DNA of 64,000 nucleotides, taken from positions 5,312,001-5,376,000 of the forward strand of contig OY970194.1 of assembly GCA_963708075.1 (NCBI GenBank), written 5' to 3'. The translations under genes were made by a program, and so were the position numbers. The DNA is from Sedimentisphaerales bacterium (lineage in GTDB: Bacteria > Planctomycetota > Phycisphaerae > Sedimentisphaerales > Anaerobacaceae). The notes under the pieces are model-generated. The model was not told the DNA's origin, did no database searches, and saw only the letters and a list, made by a program, of their open reading frames with translations. Positions 48,122-57,600 of this stretch are shown one piece after another. Position 1 is the first letter of the stretch, and every line of letters starts with the position of its first letter.

Positions 48122-49267
48122 AGTAGGTAGCCAAAAGTCTTCACACAAAAGCCTTGAGCCAGAAATCCGCCGACAAGACACCGGCTTTGCGGAGGCCCTG
48201 GGTCGCAGTTAGTCCCAAGAGCCACTGTTCCGCGTAGGCCGCCTCATCATCAATCGTTTGGAACTGGCGATTGGCCGCAATCAACCGTTTCAACTCCTTC
48301 CAGAGATGATCCTGAGAGTTCAGTTCCGGGCACTGCTTCGGCAACCACAAGAGGGTCACCTCCAAGTGGGTGGCCAGTCGTTGGCTTTTGATCGCCTGAT
48401 GAAAAGAGGCCTTGTCCAGCAACAGCCAAATCGGGCGTCCGGGATACCGTCGCCGCAACTCCCGCAGGAAGGCTTGAAAGTCCTCTTGCCGCTGGCGGGG
48501 CCGACGCAGGACCACCCGGTGTCCGGTTCGTGGATTGATCGTGCCGAACAGAACCCGTTTGTCGTTTTGGCCCGTGATCTTGACCTGCGCCTGTTCGCCG
48601 CGAAACGCCCACACATAGCGCAAGGGCGGAAACCAGCGGAGGATGGTCGCATCCGAAAACAACAGCACCGCCAGCGCCGGCATCCGTTTCAGGCGGCGAA
48701 CCAGGCCCCCTTTTTCTGGGCTCGGTTCGGGTCCTTGGTCGCATAGACATACCGGGGACGTTTCCACCGCAGATCCAAGTCCCGCATCCGCCGCCGCAGG
48801 GTACGAGGCGAGATTGCACACCCGTACCTTTGCTGGAGGTGATCTGCCAGCAAGGACACCGTCCAACCCGTGGCGCGATAGCCCAAACGCATCGGGTCCC
48901 GGCGGAACTCGCGTACCAGACGGGCGTCCGTGATCGGCGTGGCGACCGGAGGCCGTCCGGAACGCGGTGCGTCCTGCAGGCGGTCTGGACAATGGGTGTG
49001 CAGATAGGCCCGCACCCAGCGATAGACGCTCCACGGCCGGGTCCCGGTGATCTGCGCTGCTTCCGGAACCGTCCGACCCTGGGCCACCAACAGGATCGCT
49101 CCGATACGCCGGTAGGTGCGAATGTCAGCGACCCCCTGTAAGGCCCGCGTAAGACGATGTTTATCATATCGATCGAAACCACGTTCTGAGGCGCTCTTCG
49201 TTCTTCGCATGTACCCCATCATACACGCGAAGAGAATCGTTCCTGTGAAAACTTTTGGCTACCTACT
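48122..49267 (-). mobile_element. IS630-family insertion sequence (1146 bp)
   Basis: 24-bp TIRs AGTAGGTAGCCAAAAGT(C/T)TTCACA, TA duplication at a CTAG target. Confidence 0.95.
48141..49222 (-). CDS. IS630 transposase, orfA/orfB joined by a probable -1 frameshift
   Basis: HTH orf ending QKKGAW over the slippery AAAAAGGGGG near 48706-48715; orfB FSDAT, LLDKASFH, PELNSQDHLW. Confidence 0.9.
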
Positions 49268-50107
49268 TAGGTGGGGCAGTGCAATCAGATGGACATTTCC
49301 AGAATGCCGGCGGCCTGGTGGCCCTCAACGAGGGCGAACTCCTGCTGTGCTCGTCCTCGGGACAGGTCCGCGGCGGCAGGGACACTACGTCGAGCATGAA
49401 GCCAATGAGATCCTCGGTGAATCTGGGCGGCCTGGTGGGAGTCAACCGGGGCGCGGTCACCGGGTGCATGTCGACATCGGCGGTTTCGGGCTCCTCGAAC
49501 GTCGGGGGCCTGGTGGGCTTCAACGAGGGCGGCCGGCTCTATCGCTGTGGCGCGGTCACGAACGTGGACACGATCGACTGGGCCGGCGCCTTCGTGGCCG
49601 AGAGCGTGGGAGGAACGATCACAGGCTGTTTTGCACGGGGCAAAGTGAAAGGCACCAGCTTGGGCGGATTCATCGGGTCCAGCCGGGACGACGCTATCGA
49701 GTCCTGCTACTTCGAGGGGTCCGTCTCCGGTCGCAACCTGGCCGGATTCATAGGCGAGGCATACGGCCAGACCCGGCTGCGCGACTGCTATTGTGCAACC
49801 GAGATTCTTGGTGTGCCCTACTCCTACGCATTCGGCCGCTCCGTTATGCCGTCGGTGCAGGCATCGAACTGCTTCTGGGATAACACCGTCTTTCCGGACA
49901 GCCGCAATATGCAGAGCCTCCCCATGCCCGCAAAAGCAGGCGTAACCGGCCTGGACACGGAGTCCCTCCAGACCGGCCAGAAGCTCCGCGACGCCGGCTG
50001 GGATTTCGTCGGCACCTGGGTGCAGTGCGCCGGAGACCATCCCCGACTCTGGTGGGAAGAGATCGAGTGCGGCCAATAGACTGAGACCATTTACGGCGGA
50101 TTTTCCT

Positions 50108-50228
50108 TTGCAGGGCGAAACCGTCATGGTATAGTGACCTCTGCGAAGGTGGGCCACGGAAGTACCATCATAATTCATACGATTCGCTATCATACGCGCA
50201 TACACCATGTCATCATCGGCCGCCTTCG
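50108..50228 (+). promoter_or_regulatory. Promoter plus conserved structured leader (copy 2)
   Basis: TTGCAG-16-TATAGT; stem CGAAGGTGGGCC/GGCCGCCTTCG enclosing ATCATA repeats. Confidence 0.7.
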
Positions 50229-50312
50229 TGAGAGGGTTGGGTCGGCGCGTTGAGGGCACGGACGGGCCTTCGTCGGTTGTTGTTGTCTCATTCGGAGTTC
50301 GAGGGGATAGAC

Positions 50313-52190
50313 GTGGCATTACGGCGAAAAGACCATCCAGGCGAGGATCTTGCGATCACACGACTTGTTCTCTTTCTGCTCCTGGCTCTATGGAGCCCGG
50401 CCTCGGCTGTCGAATTCGGCGGCGGTACCGGCGAGCCGAACGACCCCTACCAGATCGCCACGGCCGACCAGCTCATCGCCGTCGGTTTGGACCCGAACCT
50501 GCCGCGAAAGCATTTCGTGCTGATCGCCGACATCGATCTGTCTGGAGTGACGCTGTCCGCCCCAGTCATTGCGGCCTTCTACGGCACATTCGACGGGAAC
50601 AACCACGCGATACGAAACCTGAGCATGACAGGCATAGACAACCAGGGCTTGTTCGGCGCTATCGTGGATGGCCGGGTTAAGAACCTCGGCCTGGTGAACG
50701 TGGATGTGGTGAGCGTGGGCAGCGCCGGCGCGCTGACCGCACGGAACAACGGCACGGTGCACAACTGCTACAGCGCTGGAAGCGTCGTCGGCATGGAATA
50801 TGCCGTTGGCGGGCTCGTAGGCTACAATGAGGGAACCGTGGCTGACTCCTACAGCGTGGCCCGTGTCATCGGCAGTCAGTGTGTCGGCGGCGTGGTGGGA
50901 GTCAATTATCGCATCGTGGCCGCCTGTCGCGGCACGGGCAGTGTCACAGGCAATACGACGGTTGGAGGGCTGGTGGGTGAGAACCGCTGCGCCATATCCG
51001 CCTGCTATTCAACCGCTGATGTAACGGGAGCGTCCGAAGTCGGCGGATTGGTGGGTTGGAACAGGAACCGCATCTCCGGCAGCTATTCAACCGGCAATGT
51101 CGAAGGAACCACCCGCGTTGGCGGGTTAGCGGGATACAACGTGGGCCGAATGGTTCCGTGCTACTCCACGGCAACCGTGACGGGACATTCCCACGAGTCG
51201 ACCGTGGGTAGCCTCGTCGGTGGAGGCTCCGGCCTCGCGGGACTCGAGAACTGCTACTTCCCTGCCCCCGCCGACGGCAGGTCGAACAATTGGATCGGCA
51301 CGCCCCTGACGACCGGGCAGATGATGCGTCAGAGCAGCTACATCGGCTGGACCTTCTGGCAGACCGGCCTGGACCGCAAGGATCTCTGGTGGATGCCGGC
51401 CGACGCCTTTCCAGTGCTCGCCTGGCAGACGGAGATCACCGGCTTGCGTCCGGTTCCGGATGTGGCGGGGCTGTCTGCCGATCAGGCCCGTGCGGTACTG
51501 GCGGCAGCCGGGTTTGTTCCGGGGGACACGACCTACGATTTCTGTCAGGCCCTTCCTGCCGGCTGCGTCATCCGTGCCGAGCCCCACTCCATCGCTCCCA
51601 CGGGCCGGACCATCGGCCTGGTCCTGAGCTCCGGCGGAACATACGATTGGACCACGAACCCCGGCGACGGAACCGCCGCCAATCCGTACCAGGTGCAGAC
51701 CGCCGGGCAACTCGAGTCTCTGGCCGACCACCCAGAGCTTTGGGACAAGTGCTTCGTTCTGACGACCGATCTCGAGATGGCGGGCAGAACCTACTCGCAG
51801 GCCCTGATCGCACCGGATATGGACGACATGAAGAGCGACTTTCAGGGCCCGGCCTTCACCGGCACATTCGACGGCCGGGGCCATGCGATCCGCAACCTGA
51901 CGATCCGCGCCGGCGGACGCGATTACATGGGTTTGTTCGGCATGATAGGATGGGCGGGCCGGGTCAGCAACCTCCACGGAGTGGACGCCGAGATAGCGGC
52001 AAGTGGACGGAGGAAATACCACGGCGTCCTGGCCGGCTATAGCAATGGAACTCTCACCGATTGCTCCGCTATGGGTGTCCTCGTCACAACATCCCTGAAC
52101 GACGGCAACGGCCTGACAGGCTCCGGTTTCGGCCGGCAGATCAACTGCCGTGCGGATATCGCCGTCTTGAAGTACTATGTCGGCCCTTGA
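50313..52190 (+). CDS. Secreted GLUG-repeat/PASTA protein lacking the family C-terminal module
   Basis: FGGGTGEPNDPYQIATADQL, GLUG repeats, VPDVAGLSADQA; ends KYYVGP. Confidence 0.87.
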   Translation: MALRRKDHPGEDLAITRLVLFLLLALWSPASAVEFGGGTGEPNDPYQIATADQLIAVGLDPNLPRKHFVLIADIDLSGVTLSAPVIAAFYGTFDGNNHAIRNLSMTGIDNQGLFGAIVDGRVKNLGLVNVDVVSVGSAGALTARNNGTVHNCYSAGSVVGMEYAVGGLVGYNEGTVADSYSVARVIGSQCVGGVVGVNYRIVAACRGTGSVTGNTTVGGLVGENRCAISACYSTADVTGASEVGGLVGWNRNRISGSYSTGNVEGTTRVGGLAGYNVGRMVPCYSTATVTGHSHESTVGSLVGGGSGLAGLENCYFPAPADGRSNNWIGTPLTTGQMMRQSSYIGWTFWQTGLDRKDLWWMPADAFPVLAWQTEITGLRPVPDVAGLSADQARAVLAAAGFVPGDTTYDFCQALPAGCVIRAEPHSIAPTGRTIGLVLSSGGTYDWTTNPGDGTAANPYQVQTAGQLESLADHPELWDKCFVLTTDLEMAGRTYSQALIAPDMDDMKSDFQGPAFTGTFDGRGHAIRNLTIRAGGRDYMGLFGMIGWAGRVSNLHGVDAEIAASGRRKYHGVLAGYSNGTLTDCSAMGVLVTTSLNDGNGLTGSGFGRQINCRADIAVLKYYVGP

Positions 52191-52252
52191 GCGACAGGAC
52201 GTCTCGTGAGGAGCGAGGGTGAATAGACCGGGACAATTTCGCGCGGATTTCC

Positions 52253-52376
52253 TTGAACAAGGTGGCGCGGTTGTGGTATAGTAATTTACGGCGAAGGTCG
52301 GCCACGAGAAGACCATTATACTTACACGATTCGTTATCATACTTGCATAAGCCATGTCATAACCGGCCGCCTTCGC
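52253..52376 (+). promoter_or_regulatory. Promoter plus conserved structured leader (copy 3)
   Basis: TTGAAC-18-TATAGT; stem GCGAAGGTCGGCC/GGCCGCCTTCGC; ATTATA/ATCATA/GTCATA at 52315, 52336, 52356. Confidence 0.7.
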
Positions 52377-52459
52377 GAGAGAGTTAGGTAGACGCGTTGA
52401 AGGCACACAGGTGCCTGCGTCGGCTATTATCGTCTCGGTCGGAATCTGCGAGGACGGAC

Positions 52460-54592
52460 ATGGCATTACGGCGGAAAAACCATCCGGGCGAATGCTCCAC
52501 AGTCACACTCCCTGCCCTCATTCTGCTCCTGACCCTGTGCACGGTGACCTCCGCCGTCGAATTCGCCGGCGGCACCGGCGACCCGAACGACCCATACCAA
52601 ATCGCCACCGCCGACCAGCTCATCGCCATCGGCTCCGACCCCAACCTGCTCGACAAGCACTTTGTGCTCGTTGCAGATATCGATTTGGGAGCATATTTGT
52701 TCTCTTCGTCCCCGATCGTGCCCGTATTAGATACTCAGACTGCTATGCTTCAGAATGGGGCTTTTCAAGGGGTTCTTGACGGCAACTGCCATGTCATACG
52801 CAACCTCACTATCAATGGCTCCACCGCATCGTACATGGGGCTTTTCGGAAGTGTCGGGTGGGCGGGACAAGTCAGAAGGGTGGGACTGGAAGGCGTGACA
52901 ATCTCCGTGGCGACAGGAGCGGCGGGCAGTCTGGTCGGACTCAACGGAGGTCGGATCATCGAATGTTATGCCACAGGCTCACTCCGTGGACCCCAGTCGG
53001 ATTGCCTCGGGGGACTCGTGGGCAACAACATCGGCGGTATGATCATGCGCTGCTACACAGACGTGTCCATTACGGGGCAAGGGCGTCTCGGCGGACTCGT
53101 GGGAGACCTGCTGAGTGGAACCGTCGCGGAATGTTTTGCCGCCGGCTTGCTCGCCGACTATGTTGCCGGTCCGTTATCCAGTCCGGAAGATCAACACGCA
53201 ACCCGCTGGTGCGGAGGTTTGATCGGTATCGCGCGAACCGCTGCCGCTCGGGTGCGATCCTGTTACTACCTTCGAGGACTGGAACGCCATCCAAGCGCCG
53301 CCGACGTCGGAACGATGCTTACCGACTCTCAGATGAGCGAGAAGGCCAGCTACAGGGACTGGGACTTCGTCCATGAGGACCAGGATGGTTTGATGAATCA
53401 CTGGTTCATGCAAGAGGCGGCCCGTCCTGTCTTGACTTGGCAGACGAACGTGACGCAGCACGTCATCGTGCCACCCGCAGTCGGTCTTTCATTGGATCAG
53501 GCTCAATCCATATTGCAGTCCTGTGGCCTTTCCCTAGGCAGCGTGGAATATGACTACCACGAAACCCTCGCGGAGGACCAGGTGGCGTTCACACGACCGA
53601 TCATATATGCTCCGGTAGGTGGGATCGTAGATGTGACAATCAGTCATGGCCCCTACGATTGGTCAACTAATCCGGGGGACGGAACCGAAGCTCATCCGTA
53701 CGAAATCGAAACCCCCGGACAAATGCGATGCCTTGGGCGTTCTGCGTCGCTATATGACAGACATTTCGTGCTTATCGGTAACCTCGACATGCGCGGCCAA
53801 GCGTGCGAGACGGCCTTGGTCGCACCAGATCCGACAGATCCACGCATAAACTATGATAGAGGAGCACCAACCACCCCGCCGATGTTCTCGGGCTTATTTG
53901 ACGGGGGAGGGCATACGATCTCCAATCTTCACGTACAAGGAATAGGCAAGGGTTGTGGTGTCTTTGGCGCGGTCGATCGTCACGGGAGAATCCAGGACCT
54001 ATGCGTCCAAGGCATCTATGTCTGTGGAGAGGCCATGGTTCGTGTCGGAGGGCTGGTGGGGCACAACGGCGGAGAAATCATCAATTGCAGGGCGGATGCC
54101 CATGTCAGCGGCCTATCGCAGGTCGGCGCGCTCGTCGGGGCTAACTATGGTCAGGTGACCGCAAGCTGTGCGGCTGGATTGGTGTCTTTTGGCGATCTTA
54201 TGGGGGGATTAGCTGGTGTCAATCTGGATACGATTGCCGACTGCTACGCAAGTTCGTCAGTCGATGGGCGAGATGTGGTCGGTGGGCTTGTAGGCGACAA
54301 TTACTTCGCAAGAATCACGACGAGCTATTCGTCAGGCCAAGTGAACGGTACACGGTTCGGCGGATTAGTGGGACGAAGCAACCATGCCGTGGTTGAATCG
54401 AGCTTCTGGAATGTAGAAGCCAGTGGCGTCGCCCGGAGCGACGGCGGTACGGGGCTGGCCACTACCAATATGCAGGCATCGGGGACCTTCATTGGAGCCA
54501 GCTGGGACTTTGAGAGTGTTTGGATGATCTGCGAGGGGCGGGACTATCCGCGGCTGCGGTGGGAGGGGGTTGAGTGTGAGGCGGGACATTGA
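52460..54592 (+). CDS. Secreted GLUG-repeat/PASTA protein
   Basis: FAGGTGDPNDPYQIATADQL, GLUG repeats, C-terminal WDFESVWMICEGRDYPRLRWE. Confidence 0.88.
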   Translation: MALRRKNHPGECSTVTLPALILLLTLCTVTSAVEFAGGTGDPNDPYQIATADQLIAIGSDPNLLDKHFVLVADIDLGAYLFSSSPIVPVLDTQTAMLQNGAFQGVLDGNCHVIRNLTINGSTASYMGLFGSVGWAGQVRRVGLEGVTISVATGAAGSLVGLNGGRIIECYATGSLRGPQSDCLGGLVGNNIGGMIMRCYTDVSITGQGRLGGLVGDLLSGTVAECFAAGLLADYVAGPLSSPEDQHATRWCGGLIGIARTAAARVRSCYYLRGLERHPSAADVGTMLTDSQMSEKASYRDWDFVHEDQDGLMNHWFMQEAARPVLTWQTNVTQHVIVPPAVGLSLDQAQSILQSCGLSLGSVEYDYHETLAEDQVAFTRPIIYAPVGGIVDVTISHGPYDWSTNPGDGTEAHPYEIETPGQMRCLGRSASLYDRHFVLIGNLDMRGQACETALVAPDPTDPRINYDRGAPTTPPMFSGLFDGGGHTISNLHVQGIGKGCGVFGAVDRHGRIQDLCVQGIYVCGEAMVRVGGLVGHNGGEIINCRADAHVSGLSQVGALVGANYGQVTASCAAGLVSFGDLMGGLAGVNLDTIADCYASSSVDGRDVVGGLVGDNYFARITTSYSSGQVNGTRFGGLVGRSNHAVVESSFWNVEASGVARSDGGTGLATTNMQASGTFIGASWDFESVWMICEGRDYPRLRWEGVECEAGH

Positions 54593-54666
54593 TTTGGCGT
54601 TATCATTCTTATAGAATAGGTCGATAATGGAATTGGCGAGGAAACCGTTTTAGGGGAGGTTTCAAC

Positions 54667-57600
54667 ATGAAACGGACAGGAATCCTGATCGGTGTCATCA
54701 TCACAATCATGGTCGGCGTGTGTGCGGCCGGGCCGCGGGACGACCTGTGGAACCAGGTGACCCGTGCGATCAACCAGGGCCTGCCCAAGACGGCCGTCGA
54801 ACTGCTGGAGCAGATCGTTCCCGGGGCCGTGGCGGACCAGGCGTACGCCGAGGCCACCAAGGCCATCTGCATCAAGATCGTGCAGGAAACCCGCATCCAG
54901 GGGAACAAGGCGGAGGAAGGGATCGTCCGGCTGCAAGCGGAGATCGCCAAGGCCCCGGAGCCTATGAAGCCGGTGATGGAGGCGGTGCTCGCTCACTGGT
55001 ATTGGCTGTACTTCCAGCAGAATCGCTGGCGATTCGTGCAGCGGACGGCGACGGCCGAGCCGCCGGGCGAGGACTTCACGACCTGGGACCTGTCCCGCAT
55101 CCTGGCGGAGATCGACAAGCACTTCACGCTGGCCCTGTGTAGCACCCCCGCCCCCGGGGGTGATTCCTCGAATTCCACAGCCGAGGGCGGCTGTGCCACA
55201 TTGCTCAAGACCACGCCCATCGGCGACTGGGACGACCTGCTGGAAAAGGGGAGCGTCCCGGATACGTACCGGCCCACGCTTTACGATTTCCTGGCGCACG
55301 ATGCCCTTTCGTTCTACAACTCCGGCGAGCAGGCGGGCGCCTCGCCGCAGGACAGCTTCCACATCATGGCCGACAGCCCCATCTTCGCTCCCGTGGACGG
55401 GTTCCTCGCATGGCAGCCGCAGACCTCGGACATGCAATCGGCCAGGCTCAAGGCTGTCCGGCTCTATCAATCCCTCCTGGACTTCCACCAGAACGACAAG
55501 GACAAGACCGCGTTCATCGACGCCGATCTTTATCGCCTGGAGTTTGGCTACAACCAGGCTCTCGGACCCGACAAGGCCGACCTGTACATGGGCGCCCTGG
55601 AGGATTTCACGGACCAGTGGAAGAGTCACGAGCTCAGCGCCCGCGCGTTCTACGCCTGGGCCGGCGTCGAGTACGCGCAGAGGAATTACGTTCACGCGCG
55701 CGAGCTGGCTGCGGAGGGATGGGACACCTGGCCCGCGAGTATCGGAGGCATCAGGTGCTACAACCTGATCCTGCAGATCGAGGGCCGGTCCGCCTCGATT
55801 GTGACGGAGCGGGTGTGGAACGATCCCCTGCCGGACATCGCTGTCACCTACCGCAACGTCACGCAAGTCTTTTTCAGAGCGGTGCCGGTCGGATACCAGC
55901 AGCTCATCGAGCGGAATTCGACCTATGTGAGCGATCAACAGCTCGACGCCTTGCTCGCAGCCGCCCCTGCACTCGAATGGAACGCGGAACTACCGCCCAC
56001 GAAGGATTACCAATCGCGGACCGAGAAGCTGCCTGCGCCCAAGGGCCTGGCCCCCGGCTGCTACTACATCCTGGCCAGCCACGACCCTTCGTTCAAGCTG
56101 ACCGACAATAAGATCAGCATCGCGGTGGTCTGGGTCAGCGATCTGGCGCTGGTCATGCGGAGTATCAGCCGGGACGGCGTGGTCGAGGGATTCGTGCTCG
56201 ACGCACGCACCGGGCAGCCCATCGCCAATGCGACGGCGACGCGATGGATCTGGGGAGACTACAATTCCACGTGGCAGTGGCAATACCGGCCGGCGGACCA
56301 GGCGAAATCCGACGAGAACGGCCTGTTCCGCTTCACCGCTCGGGACAACAAGCAGGAGCAGTTCCTGATCGTGGTCGAATCGGGCAACCAGAGACTGGCC
56401 AGTCAGGACACCTACACCACTCATGACGGGTACGGCTCGCCGAGCCCGACGCAGCAGACCATCTTCTTCACGGACCGCTCGCTCTATCGCCCCGGCCAGA
56501 CCATCCATTACAAGGGCATCTGCATCCACATGGATACCGTGGGCGACAACTACCAGACGCTGGCCGGCAGGCACCTGCTCGTGTTGTTCCTCGATGCCAA
56601 CGGGCAGGAGATCACCCGCCAACAGCACCTGTCCAACGACTACGGCGCGTTCAGTGGCAGTTTCATCGCCCCGCGGGATCGCCTGATGGGGCGAATGGCC
56701 CTGCGCGTCAGCAGCGGTCCCTCGGGCTACACGTCTTTCAACATCGAGGAGTACAAGCGACCCAAGTTCCAGGTCCGGTTCGACCCGCCCGCCGACGCGC
56801 CTAGGCTCGATACCGAGGTCGTCGTGCCGGGCACGGCGACGGCCTACACCGGCGCCTCCATCGGGGGAGCCAAGGTCGCCTGGCACGTCGTGCGCCAGGT
56901 GCGCTTCGCCCCCTGGCGATGGTGGGTCCGCTGGACGCCTTCTTCATCGCAGGCCCAGGTTATCGCCCTCGGTGAATCGGTGACGGCGTCCGACGGGTCG
57001 TTCCAGGTCCCGTTTGTCGCCAGTCCCGATCTGACCGTGCCGGAGGAGGATGAGCCGGTCTTCGAGTTTCAGGTCCATGCCGACGTGACGGACACCACCG
57101 GCGAGACCCGCTCGGCCGACCACACGGTGCGTGTGGGCCATACTGCCCTGCAGGCCACGGTCTCGGCCAACGCATGGCAGACGCTGGATAAGCCGGTGGA
57201 GTTGACCGTCAGGACGCAGACCCTCAACGGCCAGGGTGAAGCGGCGGAAGGCACCCTCCGCGTGCATGCTCTGAAGCAGCCGGATAAGGTCGTACGTAGC
57301 GCCGCCCCGCTGTACTACGCCTATTATGCGTCCCCGACCGAATCCGATCTGTCCAATCCTGATACCTGGGAACCGGCCGAGTTGATCAGTGAGCAACCTT
57401 TCAAGACCGACGCCCAGGGCCAAGTCACCATTGCTGTTCCGCTGGAGGCGGGTATCTATCGCGCCACGGTGCAAACCCGGGACCGTTTCGCAAAGCCGGT
57501 CAACGCCCAGTGCACCATTCACGTAGTGGACCCGCAGGCGACGCATTTCGGCGTGCGCATCGCCAACCACTTCGCCGCCCCGAGTTGGTCCGTCCAGCCG

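Larger units (their letters stand above)
45353..50079 (+). pseudogene. Large GLUG-repeat protein gene interrupted by IS630
   Basis: Removing the IS and one TA fuses ...ATVML to GGAVQSDGHFQNAGGLV in frame; same N- and C-terminal modules as its neighbours. Confidence 0.9.

Noticed and set aside
42365..54592. Diversity-generating retroelement acting on the GLUG tails (orphan tail as template repeat)
   Set aside because: No reverse transcriptase in the window, and differences between tails are not confined to adenines
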